A stretch of 64,000 nt of DNA from Candidatus Binatia bacterium (GCA_963664015.2 CAXXLF010000002.1:1024001-1088000), one strand, 5' to 3'; counted from the first letter of the stretch, positions 11,341 through 23,630 are shown. Numbers and translations are program-made. Notes: generated by a model from the sequence alone, not told the origin.

Positions 11341-14300
11341 ATGGAGCATACCGGTTTCGTTCATCTCCACTGCCACACCCAATACAGTCTCCTCGATGGC
11401 GCCAACAAGATTGAGCCCCTCTTAGAACGGGTACGTCAACTCAAGCAGCCTGCCCTAGCCATGACTGACCATGGCAATATGTTTGGCGTCGTGGATTTCT
11501 ACACCAAGGCCATCAAGTTCGGTATCAAGCCTATCATTGGGTGCGAGATCTATGTGGCCCCGACGACCCGTTTCGAGCGCAAGGGGTTCGATAAAGGGCC
11601 TCGTGAGTACAACAATCACCTGGTCCTGTTGGCCATGAACCGGGAAGGCTACCGGAATCTATGCCGGCTGGTCAGCACGGGATTTACCGAGGGTTTCTAC
11701 TACAAGCCACGGGTCGATAAAGATTTGTTAATGGAATGCAACGACGGTCTGATCGCCCTGAGTTCTTGTCTGCGCGGCGAGGTGGCCTCTTCCCTCAGCT
11801 CCGGGGTGGTGGAGAAAGCTAAGGCCGCCGCCGAACGGTACGCCAGTATCTTCCAGGACCGTTTCTATCTGGAGATCCAGGACAACAAGATTCCGGTTCA
11901 GGAAGAAGTCAACCGCATGATCGTCGAACTCGGCAGCGACCTCTCCCTTCCCGTGGTGGCCACCAACGACTGCCACTATGTCGAAAGGAGTGACGCCGCG
12001 TCCCATGACGTCCTGCTCTGCATCCAGACCGCCAGGAACGTAAACGACGAGAACCGGATGAAGATGACGACCGACGAACTCTTCATCAAATCGTATGACG
12101 AGATGAGAACGGGAATGGATTACTGTCCAGAGACAGTCGACCGAACCATGGAGATCGCCCAGCGATGCAATCTGGAGCTGGAACTGGGCAAGTATCACTT
12201 TCCCCACTTCGAGCCCCCGAAAGGCAAAAACTTAGATGACCATCTCGACGGCCTTACCCGCGAAGGTCTGGCAAAAAGGATGGAGGAGATCGAGGACCTC
12301 GGCGAGGATCAGAAACCGGTTTACGAGGAACGCCTCAATCACGAACTCAACGTGATCAAACAGATGCAGTATTCCGGCTACTTCCTGATCGTTGCCGATT
12401 TCATCAACTACGCCAAGGACCACGGCATACCCGTCGGTCCCGGCCGGGGTTCGGCGGCGGGAAGTCTCGTAGCCTATGCGCTCAAGATCACCGATCTCGA
12501 TCCGATTCCCCATGGTCTTCTCTTCGAGCGCTTCCTCAACCCCCAGCGACGTTCCATGCCTGATATCGACGTCGATTTTTGCATCCGCGGCAGGGATCAG
12601 GTCATCCAATACGTAAAGGACAAGTACGGCTCCGACAAAGTTGCCCAGATTGCAACCTTCGGGACATTGAAGGCTAAAGCTGCGATCAAAGACGTCGGCC
12701 GGGCCCTGGGTTTCTCCTTTGCCGAGACCGACGGTATAGCCAAACTCATTCCTGCACCCAAACAGGGGTTTGATTATCCCCTGGATGAAGCAATCAAGAT
12801 GGAGCCAAAGCTTCAGGACCTCATAAAGACTGACTCGCGGGTAAAATCCCTGCTGGAGCACGCCCAGCGTCTCGAAGGGCTCACCCGCCATGCGTCTACC
12901 CATGCGGCTGGCGTGGTCATCTCCAAACTTCCCCTACTCAACTATCTGCCCCTGTTCCTGGACAAGGAAGGGGGAATCGTGACGCAGTTTGACATGGACA
13001 GTGTGGAAAAAATTGGTCTCATCAAGTTCGACTTCCTCGGATTGAAGACCCTCACTCTCATTCATGATTGTCTGGAACTCATCCAGACAACTCGGGGGGT
13101 CGAAATCGACCTGAGCCATGTCCCTTTGACCGATAAGAAGACATACAAACTGCTCAGCTCCGGTGATACGACCGGCGTATTCCAGCTGGAAAGCACAGGG
13201 ATCCGGGAAATGACCGTCAAGATCCGGCCCAATTGCTTCGAAGACCTGGTAGCTATCCTGGCCCTGTATCGCCCCGGCCCCCTCGACAGTGGCATGGCGG
13301 AGGAATATATCAAGCGCAAACAGGGCCGGGAAAAGGTCCATCACCCTCATCCTTCTCTGGAGCCAATCTTAAAAGACACCTACGGGGTAATCATCTATCA
13401 AGAACAAGTGATGCAGATCGGCCAGAAACTGGCATGCTATACCATGGGCGAAGCCGATATGCTTCGCATCGCTATGTCCAAAAAGAATCCCGAGGAAATG
13501 GCCGCCCAGAGGGAAACGTTCCTCGCGGGCGCGAAAAAGAACAAGATCCCGGCCAAGATGGCAGAAACCATTTTCGACCAAATGGAGACCTTTGCTCGAT
13601 ACGGTTTTAACAAGTCCCATTCGGCTGCCTATGCGTTGGTGTCCTATCAGACCGCCTACTTGAAGGCCCACTACCCGGTCGATTTCATGGCCAGCCTGAT
13701 GAGTTCAGAGATGGGCGATACGGACAAGGTGATCAAAAACCTGGCTGAGTGCCGGGGGCAGGGGATTAAAGTCCTCCCTCCCAGCGTCAACGAGAGCCGG
13801 GCCCGTTTCACCGTAGTCGGTGACCAGATTCGTTTTGGCCTTTCGGCTGTCAAAAACGTAGGCGACAAAGCGGTTGAAGCCATCCTCCAAAGCCGGGAAG
13901 AGGAAGGGAGTTTTGACTCGATCTTCTCCTTCTGCCGACGAGTCGACCTGCGGGCAGTCAACCGCCGAGTGATCGAGAGTCTGATCAAATGCGGTGCCTT
14001 CGACTCCACTGGGGTTTCCCGGTCCAAACAGACCGCCGCCCTCGATGAGGCCATTCACGCTGGGCAAGCCCACCAGAAGGATCGGGAGAGCAACCAGATC
14101 GATATCTTTGCTGCCCTGGAAAAAACAGAAGGAGGGGCCGAAAAGTCCAAGAAGCGTTATCCGACCGTCAACGAGTGGTCTTCCAAGCAAACCCTAGCCT
14201 TCGAGAAGGAAGCCTTGGGCTTCTACGTTACCGGCCACCCCCTGGACAAATACGAGCGGGCCATCGACCGGCTGACCTCCGGGTCCATCGCCCGTTTGCG

Positions 14301-14862
14301 GGAAAAGCCGAGTGCCGGTGAAGTCAAAGTGGCGGGAGTGGTCACCGCCCTCAAGCTCCGGAACACCAAAAAGGGCGACCGTTACGCAAGTTTCAACCTG
14401 GAAGACAAGACGGGATTTATCGAAGTGATCGCATGGCCGGATCTCTACAACCGGGCCGTCGATCCCATCACTCAAGACGACCCCATTTTCATTCAGGGCC
14501 GACTTGATATCGGTGAAGAACGAGTTCAACTTATCGCCAATCAGATCACCCCAATGGCTGAGGTTATGGCCAAACATCGGCCAAAACCACAGCCCCAGGT
14601 CGAAACCATCACCGAGCCTGTGGAAGCCAAGGAGCTGCATTTCTACCTTCGTGCCCCGGAGGTTACGACCGAGGAGTTAAATCATCTGCACGAAATCCTG
14701 CAGGGTTCCCGCGGCGGCTGCACGGTCTTTCTCCATCTCGCCAATCCCAATAGGAGCGAGACAGTCATCGAACTTCCGCAACAATTGAAAATAAAACCCA
14801 CTCGAGAACTTTTGGAGACAGTGAATCGTTCTTTTGGGAGCCGCATAACCACCCGTGCCTAG
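11341..14862 (+). CDS. dnaE: DNA polymerase III alpha subunit
   Basis: PHP motif [43 protein letters not shown]; no intein-sized insertion. Confidence 0.99.
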   Translation: MEHTGFVHLHCHTQYSLLDGANKIEPLLERVRQLKQPALAMTDHGNMFGVVDFYTKAIKFGIKPIIGCEIYVAPTTRFERKGFDKGPREYNNHLVLLAMNREGYRNLCRLVSTGFTEGFYYKPRVDKDLLMECNDGLIALSSCLRGEVASSLSSGVVEKAKAAAERYASIFQDRFYLEIQDNKIPVQEEVNRMIVELGSDLSLPVVATNDCHYVERSDAASHDVLLCIQTARNVNDENRMKMTTDELFIKSYDEMRTGMDYCPETVDRTMEIAQRCNLELELGKYHFPHFEPPKGKNLDDHLDGLTREGLAKRMEEIEDLGEDQKPVYEERLNHELNVIKQMQYSGYFLIVADFINYAKDHGIPVGPGRGSAAGSLVAYALKITDLDPIPHGLLFERFLNPQRRSMPDIDVDFCIRGRDQVIQYVKDKYGSDKVAQIATFGTLKAKAAIKDVGRALGFSFAETDGIAKLIPAPKQGFDYPLDEAIKMEPKLQDLIKTDSRVKSLLEHAQRLEGLTRHASTHAAGVVISKLPLLNYLPLFLDKEGGIVTQFDMDSVEKIGLIKFDFLGLKTLTLIHDCLELIQTTRGVEIDLSHVPLTDKKTYKLLSSGDTTGVFQLESTGIREMTVKIRPNCFEDLVAILALYRPGPLDSGMAEEYIKRKQGREKVHHPHPSLEPILKDTYGVIIYQEQVMQIGQKLACYTMGEADMLRIAMSKKNPEEMAAQRETFLAGAKKNKIPAKMAETIFDQMETFARYGFNKSHSAAYALVSYQTAYLKAHYPVDFMASLMSSEMGDTDKVIKNLAECRGQGIKVLPPSVNESRARFTVVGDQIRFGLSAVKNVGDKAVEAILQSREEEGSFDSIFSFCRRVDLRAVNRRVIESLIKCGAFDSTGVSRSKQTAALDEAIHAGQAHQKDRESNQIDIFAALEKTEGGAEKSKKRYPTVNEWSSKQTLAFEKEALGFYVTGHPLDKYERAIDRLTSGSIARLREKPSAGEVKVAGVVTALKLRNTKKGDRYASFNLEDKTGFIEVIAWPDLYNRAVDPITQDDPIFIQGRLDIGEERVQLIANQITPMAEVMAKHRPKPQPQVETITEPVEAKELHFYLRAPEVTTEELNHLHEILQGSRGGCTVFLHLANPNRSETVIELPQQLKIKPTRELLETVNRSFGSRITTRA

Positions 14863-16168
14863 AGCTGCGACAGGAGTCAGCTCTAACTCCAATGGGGCAG
14901 GTGAACGGGTAGTCCTGGTTGGAGTCGAACGCACCTCTTCCGACCAGGAAATACTAATGGAGGAGAGCCTGGACGAGCTCGAAAAGTTGGCCGAGAGTGC
15001 CGGCGCTCGAGTCGTGGGCAGATTCCGACAGCACCTGAAGAAGGTGAGTCCCGCGACCTACATCGGGTGGGGCAAGGTCGAAGAAATCCAGCAGACAATT
15101 CTTGAGGACAAACCCGATCTGGTAATATTTGATGAGAACTTGAGCCCAGCCCAGCAGCGAAACCTGGAATCGGCGTTTCAAATTCGGGTCATTGATAGAA
15201 GCCAACTCATTCTGGACATCTTCGCCCAGAGGGCGCGTAGCAACGAAGGGAAGCTGCAGGTTGAACTTGCCCAATTGGAGTACCTGCTGCCAAGATTGAC
15301 CCGTCGCTGGACTCACCTTTCCCGCATGCGTGGCGGCATCGGCACCCGCGGCCCTGGCGAGACGCAGCTTGAAGTCGATCGAAGACGCATACACGAACGT
15401 ATTCGCAGTTTAAAAAAACGGCTGATCAAGGTCAAACGCACGCGGGATCTACACCGTCAGGAACGGTTGGACGTCCCCTACGCGACCGTGGCCCTGGTTG
15501 GCTACACCAATTCGGGAAAATCAACCCTGATGAACACCCTTACCCAGGCCGGCGTCGTGGCCGAAGACAAGCTATTTGCTACACTGGACCCTACCACGCG
15601 GGGCTTGCGGCTCCCTACGGGCGATCGTGTGATGCTGGTCGATACGGTGGGCTTTAGCAGTCGGATTCCCCATTCCTTAATTGAGGCTTTCAAAAGTACC
15701 CTTGAGGAAGTCACGAAGGCCGACCTCTTGCTCCACCTCGTTGATTTGACCAATCCACTCCATGAGAAGCAAATCAAAATCGTCAATGAGGTTCTACGCG
15801 ACATCGGGGCGGGAGATCTCCCCTATTGTATTGTTGCCAACAAACTCGACGTTGCCCCGGGAACGCTGATTCGAGACCTGGGCACCCATGGAACCGGCCG
15901 CGTACACCCCATATCCGCATTAACCGGATTGGGGATCGACTCTCTGCTCGAATCCATTGGACAAGTACTGGACGAGGGAAAAGAGCAAGCTCGCTTTTCA
16001 TTTACCCCCGCCGAGGCTCCCCTCCTCTCGTTGCTGCGCCAGCGGGGGCGGATCCTGAAAGAAAGATACGCGCGAGGCAAGACTCATATCACCGCACTTG
16101 TCACACCTAAATTAGCGGGTCAGATGAGAAAATGGTTAACTGATAACACCTTGGAAGCTTCACAATAG
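14855..16168 (+). CDS. hflX: Ribosome-splitting GTPase HflX
   Basis: [39 protein letters not shown]. Confidence 0.97.
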   Translation: MPRAATGVSSNSNGAGERVVLVGVERTSSDQEILMEESLDELEKLAESAGARVVGRFRQHLKKVSPATYIGWGKVEEIQQTILEDKPDLVIFDENLSPAQQRNLESAFQIRVIDRSQLILDIFAQRARSNEGKLQVELAQLEYLLPRLTRRWTHLSRMRGGIGTRGPGETQLEVDRRRIHERIRSLKKRLIKVKRTRDLHRQERLDVPYATVALVGYTNSGKSTLMNTLTQAGVVAEDKLFATLDPTTRGLRLPTGDRVMLVDTVGFSSRIPHSLIEAFKSTLEEVTKADLLLHLVDLTNPLHEKQIKIVNEVLRDIGAGDLPYCIVANKLDVAPGTLIRDLGTHGTGRVHPISALTGLGIDSLLESIGQVLDEGKEQARFSFTPAEAPLLSLLRQRGRILKERYARGKTHITALVTPKLAGQMRKWLTDNTLEASQ

Positions 16169-16180
16169 GACTTTTATGCC

Positions 16181-16777
16181 ATGTTGAATCTACCCAACTT
16201 TCTCACCTTGATTCGCATTGCAACCATCCCCCTGTTCCTGCTCTTGCTGTTCGGGCGCCACTACACATGGGCCTTGTGGATTTTTGCCTTCAGTGGATTA
16301 ACCGATGCCCTGGATGGACCCGTTGCCCGATGGATGAAACAGCGAACCCGTCTAGGGGCTTACCTGGATCCCATGGCGGACAAGCTTCTCATTATTAGTT
16401 CGCTCGTCGTTCTCACCTATATCGGTGCGACACCGGGTTGGTTTACCATACTCGTTCTCAGTCGAGATCTGATCATCACATTAGGCTACGGGGCGATCTA
16501 TTTATGGGTACAACAAAAGATGGAGATCCTGCCCAGCGTCATGGGCAAGGCAAATACTTTTCTCTTGCTGTTGACCATCACGGTCATTCTAGTCGCACTG
16601 CACGATTCCGATATTATCCCGGACGTCGGTCTACCCCTGGGCCCCTATAGATTTCACGTCATGAATGTGCTTTTCTTCATTACTTCCGTCACCACGATCA
16701 TCTCCGGTCTCCAATACGTTCATCGTGGCCTGGTATGGCTCCAAGAACGGGTCTCCCCCTCGACAGGGGCGAGTTGA
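16181..16777 (+). CDS. CDP-alcohol phosphatidyltransferase (PgsA-like)
   Basis: NLPNFLTLIR and the DALDGPVAR...GAYLDPMADK signature. Confidence 0.92.
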   Translation: MLNLPNFLTLIRIATIPLFLLLLFGRHYTWALWIFAFSGLTDALDGPVARWMKQRTRLGAYLDPMADKLLIISSLVVLTYIGATPGWFTILVLSRDLIITLGYGAIYLWVQQKMEILPSVMGKANTFLLLLTITVILVALHDSDIIPDVGLPLGPYRFHVMNVLFFITSVTTIISGLQYVHRGLVWLQERVSPSTGAS

Positions 16778-16854
16778 CAGATCGTCAGGAAATTGGTAAT
16801 AAAATCATAGGGTTGCAAGATGGACATAAGATGTAACAATGCCCATGCCTCCAC

Positions 16855-16929
16855 AGGCACGTAGCTCAGTGGGAGAGCGCTTCCTTGACACGGAAGAGGT
16901 CGGCGGTTCAATCCCGCCCGTGCCTACCA
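16855..16929 (+). tRNA. tRNA-Val (GAC)
   Basis: Acceptor AGGCACG/CGTGCCT, anticodon arm CTTCC-TTGACAC-GGAAG, GGTTCAATCC T-loop, encoded CCA. Confidence 0.97.
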
Positions 16930-16978
16930 AAAAATAGCGCATTAGGTTTAGTCGAACAGGAAACTTTAGCTTAGACCA

Positions 16979-18916
16979 ATGGAATCCATTCACGTCAAAC
17001 TACCAGGTGACAAAACCGTCGAGGTGCCCCCTAGCACCAAGATTCAAGAGATCCTTACGTCTTCAGGAAACAAGAAAGATATTATCGCCGCCAAACTAGA
17101 TGGTATCGCCGTGGACCTAGAGCGTCCCTTGAGCCACGACTGCACTCTGGATTGGATTAATATTAACAGCCCTGATGGCTTGGATATCCTGAGGCATTCG
17201 ACCGCCCATCTCATGGCCCAGGCGGTCCAGAGTTTATTCCCCGGCACTCAGGTCACCATCGGCCCGACCATCGACGACGGCTTCTACTACGACTTCAAGC
17301 GTGACAAGCCCTTCACCCCTGACGAGATCCAGATGATTGAGACCCGCATGCGGGAGCTATCCAAGGCAAATCTCAAGGTCCAGCGGGAAGAGCAATCCAA
17401 GGAGTCGGCGGTGGAGCTTTTCAAAGGGATGGGCGAGGCCTACAAGGGTTCCATCCTCAGCGAAATTTCCGAAGCGCAGGTTTCCCTTTATCGCCAGGGG
17501 GACTGGGTAGATTTATGCCGTGGGCCTCACGTGCCCTCCACCGGCGTGATTCGCGCCTTTAAGTTGACCCGCGTCGCGGGAGCGTACTGGCGGGGCAACG
17601 AAAACAACGAGATGCTTCAACGGATCTATGGGACCTCGTTTCCCACCGAGAAGCTGCTCAATGAGCACCTCCGACTTCTGGAGGAGGCCAAGAAGAGAGA
17701 CCACCGTCGTCTCGGTCGCGAACTGGACCTCTTTAGCTTCCATCCCATCGCTCCCGCAAGCCCCTTTTTTCACCCAAAAGGCGCCATCGTTTACAATGAA
17801 TTGGTCGCCTTCATCCGGCGACTCTATCAGGAGTACGGCTACCAGGAGGTGATCACACCCCAAATTTTCGACGTGGAGCTCTGGCACCGTTCCGGTCACT
17901 ATGACCATTTCAAGCAGAGTATGTATTTCACCCAGATCGACGAGCGGGAGTTCGCTATCAAACCTATGAACTGCCCGTCCCACACGTTCATCTACGCCTC
18001 AAAAAAGCGGTCCTACCGGGAGCTGCCCATTCGCCTGGCCGATTTTGGACGGCTGCACCGCTATGAAAAGTCCGGAGTGACCGCCGGCCTCACCCGGGTG
18101 CGCTCTTTTTCCCAGGACGACGCCCATATATTCTGTGCCCCGGAGCAGATTGAGGACGAGATGACCAGTCTCTTGCAAATGATTTATGAGGTCTTCCGGG
18201 TCTTCCAGTTTACCCAAATCCAGGTTAAACTCTCCACTCGTCCTGAAGCCTACATGGGAAGCTCCGAGACATGGGAGCGAGCTGAAAACTCCCTCGCCGA
18301 TTCACTGCGAAAGCGCAGCATCGACTTTCAAGTTAATGAAGGGGATGGGGCCTTCTACGGCCCCAAGATCGACTTCGTGGTACTGGACGCTATGCGGCGT
18401 GGGTGGCAGCTGGCAACGATCCAGCTTGATTTCTCCATGCCAGAGCGCTTCGATCTCGGTTACGTCACGGCCAGCGGGTCGGAGGCAACACCGGTGATGA
18501 TCCATCGGGCGATCCTGGGATCCATTGAGCGCTTCATGGGGATTTTGATCGAGCACACCGGCGGAGCATTTCCCCTATGGTTGGCTCCGGTTCAGCTGAG
18601 AATTGTTAATGTTACGGACGCACAAAAAAACTACGCCCAAGAGGTCTTTCACAGGTGTAAAGGCGAGGGGTGGCGTACCGAGCTGGACGACCGAAACGAA
18701 AAACTCGGATTTAAAATCCGTGAGGCCCAGCTTGCAAAGATTCCCTATATAGTGGTAATCGGAGATAGAGAAAAATCGGATAGGACCGTGTCTCCCCGTT
18801 CCCGGGGTGGTCAGACTCTTATGGCCATGTCCGTCGAGGAGTTTTTGGGGCAGCTTCAACAGGAGAGTAAGGAAGCCGGTACGCCACACGGGCAACCAGA
18901 AGGAGAACTGTCATAG
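16979..18916 (+). CDS. thrS: Threonyl-tRNA synthetase
   Basis: TGS domain, HSTAHLMAQAV, DLCRGPHV, KPMNCP, GAFYGPKID. Confidence 0.99.
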   Translation: MESIHVKLPGDKTVEVPPSTKIQEILTSSGNKKDIIAAKLDGIAVDLERPLSHDCTLDWININSPDGLDILRHSTAHLMAQAVQSLFPGTQVTIGPTIDDGFYYDFKRDKPFTPDEIQMIETRMRELSKANLKVQREEQSKESAVELFKGMGEAYKGSILSEISEAQVSLYRQGDWVDLCRGPHVPSTGVIRAFKLTRVAGAYWRGNENNEMLQRIYGTSFPTEKLLNEHLRLLEEAKKRDHRRLGRELDLFSFHPIAPASPFFHPKGAIVYNELVAFIRRLYQEYGYQEVITPQIFDVELWHRSGHYDHFKQSMYFTQIDEREFAIKPMNCPSHTFIYASKKRSYRELPIRLADFGRLHRYEKSGVTAGLTRVRSFSQDDAHIFCAPEQIEDEMTSLLQMIYEVFRVFQFTQIQVKLSTRPEAYMGSSETWERAENSLADSLRKRSIDFQVNEGDGAFYGPKIDFVVLDAMRRGWQLATIQLDFSMPERFDLGYVTASGSEATPVMIHRAILGSIERFMGILIEHTGGAFPLWLAPVQLRIVNVTDAQKNYAQEVFHRCKGEGWRTELDDRNEKLGFKIREAQLAKIPYIVVIGDREKSDRTVSPRSRGGQTLMAMSVEEFLGQLQQESKEAGTPHGQPEGELS

Positions 18917-19419
18917 CGAAAGAAGCAAGAATTAACCATCAGATTCGAGCCAACGAGGTCCGAGTCATTGGCAACGAAGGGGATCAGCTGGGCATCATGA
19001 AGCTGCGGGATGCCCTGGAACTGGTGGAAAACCAGGAACTTGATCTGGTCGAGGTCGCGCCCGAGGCTCAACCACCGGTCTGTCGGATCATGGATTATGG
19101 CCGCTTCCGCTACCTGCAAAAGAAGAAGACCCACGGGACCAAGAAAAAATCGACTGTCGTAGTCATCAAAGAAGTGAAGATGAGGGCCCATACAGACGCC
19201 CATGACTTAGTCTATAAGGTTCGCAATATCAGGCGTTTTATAGAGAAGGGGCAACGAGTACGGGTATCCATCTTTTTCCGGGGGCGGGAAATCACGCATC
19301 CGGAGCTCGGCAGGGAAAAGCTCAACAGCATCTTGCTTCAGGTGCAAGATGTCGCTAAACCTGATATTAATCCAAGGATGGAGGGTCGGAGCATGGCAAT
19401 GCTCCTCACTCCCAAATAG
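18913..19419 (+). CDS. infC: Translation initiation factor IF-3, probable ATA start
   Basis: The conserved N-terminus (I)AKEARINHQIRANEVRVIG lies upstream of the called ATG. ATA at 18913 is in frame, follows the RBS GAAGGAGA and overlaps the thrS TAG. Confidence 0.95.
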   Translation: MAKEARINHQIRANEVRVIGNEGDQLGIMKLRDALELVENQELDLVEVAPEAQPPVCRIMDYGRFRYLQKKKTHGTKKKSTVVVIKEVKMRAHTDAHDLVYKVRNIRRFIEKGQRVRVSIFFRGREITHPELGREKLNSILLQVQDVAKPDINPRMEGRSMAMLLTPK

Positions 19420-19440
19420 AGATCGGAACGGAGAAGTCAC

Positions 19441-19638
19441 GTGCCAAAGATCAGGACCAACAGAAGCGCCGCGAAACGATTTAAAACCACTGGTACGGGG
19501 AAAATCAAGCGAGCCCGGGGGTTTAGACGCCACCTGCTCTCGAGCAAGGGCAGGAAACGGAAACGCAAACTGAGGCTGTCGGGTACGGTTGCCGCCAGTG
19601 ACGTTCGTAGGATTCGCAAGCTAATACCTTACGGGTAA
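19441..19638 (+). CDS. rpmI: 50S ribosomal protein L35
   Basis: [24 protein letters not shown]; position between infC and rplT. Confidence 0.97.
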   Translation: MPKIRTNRSAAKRFKTTGTGKIKRARGFRRHLLSSKGRKRKRKLRLSGTVAASDVRRIRKLIPYG

Positions 19639-19734
19639 TTCCCGTAGCACCCGATTCGTCAACGTCACCGCACACACGGTTTTCACAGTTTTAAATGTAC
19701 AGGAACTACTTTAATCATCGAGAGTGAGCAAGAT

Positions 19735-20094
19735 ATGCCGCGAGTTAAAAGGGGAACCAAAGCCCGCAAACGAAGAAAAAAGGTTTTAAAGCTGGCCAAA
19801 GGCTATGTAGGCGCACGTGGTAATCTGTACCGCACGGCCCGTGAGACGGTGGAACGCGGCCTTGTCTATGCCTATCGGGATAGACGGGTCAAGAAGCGGG
19901 AGTTTCGTGGACTGTGGATTACCCGCATCAGCGCAGGAGCCAACATCAGCGGGTTGTCCTACAGCCAGCTCATGAAGGGGCTGAAACAGGCTGGCGTGGA
20001 GCTGGACCGCAAGATCCTGGCAGAGTTGGCCGTCTCCGACTTGCCCGCCTTCAGCCAAATAGCCCAGCTCGCAAAAACCCACCTATCGGCGTAA
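19735..20094 (+). CDS. rplT: 50S ribosomal protein L20
   Basis: MPRVKRG...[20 protein letters not shown]. Confidence 0.98.
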   Translation: MPRVKRGTKARKRRKKVLKLAKGYVGARGNLYRTARETVERGLVYAYRDRRVKKREFRGLWITRISAGANISGLSYSQLMKGLKQAGVELDRKILAELAVSDLPAFSQIAQLAKTHLSA

Positions 20095-20115
20095 CCCCTC
20101 CATCCCCTTTCGTCC

Positions 20116-21156
20116 ATGAACGAGTCCGTAGAAGCTCTTCGGAAAGAGATGATGGAGCGCATAGAACGCTCCACCACAGAGGAGGAGATTGAGCAGCTAC
20201 GGCTAACCTATCTGGGCAGGAAGGGCAAGCTCACGCAAGAGCTTCGTACCCTAAAGGATTTGCCGCCGGAAGAGAGACCTCGTGTCGGCGAGCAATTGAA
20301 CCAGCTGAGACAGGAGCTGGAAAATTGGATCGAGGCACGTAGCCAGCAAGCCAAGGCACGGGAGAATGAACGAGTCCTCAGAGAGGACCGGACCGATATC
20401 ACCCTCCCAGGAAGCCGCCTCGAGCGGGGACACATCCATCCTATCACGCTCGTCCTGGATGAAGTGATCGATATCTTCTCGGCAATGGGCTTTGAGATCG
20501 CCAGGGGACCCGATATCGAAGACGATTACCACAATTTCGAGGCCCTCAACTTTCCCAAGGACCACCCGGCCCGCGACATGCAGGATACATTCTTCGTCTC
20601 CGACAATCTGCTTTTGAGAACTCACACCTCACCGGTTCAAATCCATGTGATGGAGGAGCGAAAGCCACCGCTCCAAATCATCGTCCCAGGCGCCGTATAC
20701 CGGCACGACGACGACTCGACCCACTCCCCTATCTTCCACCAGGTAGAGGGTTTCATGGTAGACGAACAGATCACCTTCGGTGATCTGAAAGGAGTCCTGG
20801 AAAACTTCCTGCGCCAAATCTTTCGTGCGGAGACTCCCGTACGGTTTCGTCCGAGTTTCTTTCCCTTCACCGAACCCAGTGCCGAGGTCGATATCGGCTG
20901 TCTGTTCTGCAGCGGCAAGGGAGTCTCTTCCAAGGGGGAAGGGTGTCGCGTTTGCAAAGGGACTGGGTGGCTGGAGATCCTGGGCTCTGGGATGATCGAT
21001 CCTGCAGTTTTCAAATTTGTAAAGTACGATTCCGAAAAGTTCTCGGGATTTGCCTTCGGCATGGGGATCGAGCGCATCGCCATGTTGAAATATGCCATCG
21101 AGGATATCCGGTTGTTCTATCAAAACGATATCCGATTCCTGCAACAATTTTGTTAG
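20116..21156 (+). CDS. pheS: Phenylalanyl-tRNA synthetase alpha subunit
   Basis: HPARDMQDTF, LRTHTSPVQ, FPFTEPS, GFAFGMGIERIAML. Confidence 0.99.
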   Translation: MNESVEALRKEMMERIERSTTEEEIEQLRLTYLGRKGKLTQELRTLKDLPPEERPRVGEQLNQLRQELENWIEARSQQAKARENERVLREDRTDITLPGSRLERGHIHPITLVLDEVIDIFSAMGFEIARGPDIEDDYHNFEALNFPKDHPARDMQDTFFVSDNLLLRTHTSPVQIHVMEERKPPLQIIVPGAVYRHDDDSTHSPIFHQVEGFMVDEQITFGDLKGVLENFLRQIFRAETPVRFRPSFFPFTEPSAEVDIGCLFCSGKGVSSKGEGCRVCKGTGWLEILGSGMIDPAVFKFVKYDSEKFSGFAFGMGIERIAMLKYAIEDIRLFYQNDIRFLQQFC

Positions 21157-21178
21157 CCCCAATGGAAGAGATTCATCC

Positions 21179-23602
21179 GTGAAGTTCACTTATAACTGGC
21201 TCCGGGAATTCATTGACCTACCCACCGGTTACGCCGGCAACGGGGGAAAAGGCCCGCTAGCGGTTGCCGAGCTTTTGACGATGGCCGGACTCGAGGTCGA
21301 CTCCTTGAAACCCATTGGCATCGGATCCGAGATCGTAGTGGCTCTGGTAAAGGAGGCCCGCCCCCACCCACATTCGGACCATCTCTCACTGTGCTCCGTC
21401 GAGATTGAAGGTGAACAGCTACAGATTGTCTGCGGCGCCCCCAACGTCCGCACGGGGATCAAGGCCCCCCTGGCAAAGGCAGGCACGGCACTGCCCTCCG
21501 GGATAGAGCTTAAAGAGGTAACCATCCGGGGGGAGCTCTCCCAGGGGATGCTATGCTCCGAGAGGGAGCTCGAATTGTCCCGCGACCATGAAGGGATTAT
21601 GATATTGCCAGAAGACGCGCCTGTGGGGCGTCGGGTATTCTCCTACCTGGGGTTAGAGGACTGGGTTTTCGAGGTCGCCGTGACCCCTAACCGTGGCGAT
21701 TGCCTGGGAATCCACGGTATTGCCAGGGAACTTGGCGCCTTGACCGGTGGAAAGTTACGCCCCCCCCCCTCGGCACCCGTGGCCAAGGGTCCCCCATTAA
21801 ATCGAACGGTACAGGTCCACATCGAGGACTCTAAGCTCTGTCCTCGCTATTCGGCCAGGGTCGTGACCAATCTAAGCCCCCTTCCCTCGCCGTTATGGAT
21901 GCGTTACAGACTCGAAGCGTGCGGCGTCCGATCCATCAATACCATTGTAGATATCACTAACTATGTGATGCTCGAAACCGGCCAACCTCTTCACGCCTTC
22001 GATCTGGATCGACTGAAGTCACGGCGGATCGTCATTCGTCCAGCCAGCCGGCCAGTGAAATTCATGAGCCTGGATGGGATCGAAAGGGAACTGATCTCCG
22101 GAGATCTCTTGATTTGTGACGATGATGTTCCAGTGGCACTGGCCGGGATTATGGGTGGGTCCAATTCGGAGGTAAGCTCGGAAACCCGTTCCGTGCTGTT
22201 GGAGAGCGCTCACTTCGACCCACTGACAATTCGACGCACGGCCAAACGCCTAGGGCTCCACTCGGAGGCCTCCCATCGATTTGAAAGAAGGGTTGACCCC
22301 GAAGGGACTCTGGCTGCCCTGGACCGCGCGGTCTACCTGTTAGAGGAATTCGGAGGCGGAATGGCACTCAAAAGCACCGTCGACCGCTATCCCCGGAAGT
22401 TCAAGCCCTCAGCGATTGTGCTCAGGGACGAGAAAATAACTCGACTCCTAGGAATCGAGCTTCCACGGAGGTTCACTGAACGGACCCTCAAATCCATGGG
22501 GGTCACGATTCAGTCCCGCACCAAACAAAGCATGAAGGTGCTCCCACCGTCGTACCGTGCGGACCTTACTCGAGAGACTGATTTAATCGAAGATTTGGCA
22601 CAGCTCTACGGATATGAAAAGATTCCCGCCACCCTTCCTACTGCTAGGTCACGAGGCGGGAGAATTGATCCCTTTCTACGCTGGAGCCGGCGTCTACGCT
22701 CCTTCCTCGCCGGGCAGGGACTGGCCGAAGCGATCAACGTCCCCTTCACATCGACGGAAATGAACCGGTGCTTCCCAGGCCTCTGGGCCGGTGAATCAAG
22801 ACCGGTGGCGATCTTGAACCCCATCAAGCAGGAAAGCGCAGAAATGAGGTTGAGCTTGATTCCCGGATTGGCAGGGATCCTACGCACCCATGTGGATCAA
22901 AGGGCACAGAGCTTCTGGGCCTTTGAAATGGGAAAGGTCTTTCACAAGACCTCCCAGGGATCCTATGAAGAGAGAACCCATGTTTCGGCCCTCTTGTTCG
23001 GGAACCGAGTGCGCAGGGGACTGCGCGCCGAGACGAATACGGTCTCCTTCCTTGAGCTCAAAGGCCTGATCGAGGGTATTACCGAGATCACTGGAACGGA
23101 GGTTGATACCACGTGGGACGGCAACAACCCACCCCCATTTCTCCACCCAGGCAAAGCCGCCACCGTCGGGCAAAAGGGCCTAAAAATAGGCCATTTAGGA
23201 GAGCTCCACCCGGACCTCTGCGCCTCCCTGGGACTGCCTCCCTTTCTAGCTTTTGAACTTGACTTCGAGGGGTTGGTTAAGTATGCTCGCTTTGATTTTA
23301 CGGTCCATGCCCTCCCCAGATTTCCACCTGTTGAGCGGGACCTGGCCGTGGTTGTTGATGAAGGGTTTCCTGCTCAGCAAATTATCACTTGGATAAAAGG
23401 CCTTAATAACTCGCTGATTGAAACCGTGCAAATCTTTGACCAATACAGAGGCTCTCCCATTCCTAAAGGAAAAAAGAACCTGGCCTACTCGGTTTCTTAC
23501 CGGGCCGAGGATCGAACCTTAACCGATGATGAAATCAACACCATTCATGAGAATTTGACGGATAAGATGTGTCAGCAGTTTGGAGCCACGTTGAGAGGGT
23601 AA
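21179..23602 (+). CDS. pheT: Phenylalanyl-tRNA synthetase beta subunit
   Basis: GTG at 21179 (MKFTYNWLREF), VCGAPN, TPNRGDCL, GQPLHAFD, C-terminal FDX-ACB domain. Confidence 0.98.
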   Translation: MKFTYNWLREFIDLPTGYAGNGGKGPLAVAELLTMAGLEVDSLKPIGIGSEIVVALVKEARPHPHSDHLSLCSVEIEGEQLQIVCGAPNVRTGIKAPLAKAGTALPSGIELKEVTIRGELSQGMLCSERELELSRDHEGIMILPEDAPVGRRVFSYLGLEDWVFEVAVTPNRGDCLGIHGIARELGALTGGKLRPPPSAPVAKGPPLNRTVQVHIEDSKLCPRYSARVVTNLSPLPSPLWMRYRLEACGVRSINTIVDITNYVMLETGQPLHAFDLDRLKSRRIVIRPASRPVKFMSLDGIERELISGDLLICDDDVPVALAGIMGGSNSEVSSETRSVLLESAHFDPLTIRRTAKRLGLHSEASHRFERRVDPEGTLAALDRAVYLLEEFGGGMALKSTVDRYPRKFKPSAIVLRDEKITRLLGIELPRRFTERTLKSMGVTIQSRTKQSMKVLPPSYRADLTRETDLIEDLAQLYGYEKIPATLPTARSRGGRIDPFLRWSRRLRSFLAGQGLAEAINVPFTSTEMNRCFPGLWAGESRPVAILNPIKQESAEMRLSLIPGLAGILRTHVDQRAQSFWAFEMGKVFHKTSQGSYEERTHVSALLFGNRVRRGLRAETNTVSFLELKGLIEGITEITGTEVDTTWDGNNPPPFLHPGKAATVGQKGLKIGHLGELHPDLCASLGLPPFLAFELDFEGLVKYARFDFTVHALPRFPPVERDLAVVVDEGFPAQQIITWIKGLNNSLIETVQIFDQYRGSPIPKGKKNLAYSVSYRAEDRTLTDDEINTIHENLTDKMCQQFGATLRG

Positions 23603-23630
23603 GGACGAAAAATCATTAGGGAGTCGAACC

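Noticed and set aside
8844-14640. Long antisense ORFs over guaB, guaA and dnaE (also over pheS, thrS and coxA)
   Set aside because: They are shadows of codon bias in GC-rich coding sequence, with no motifs or RBS.
11341-14862. Intein in dnaE
   Set aside because: The length (1173 aa) is normal and the motifs are contiguous.
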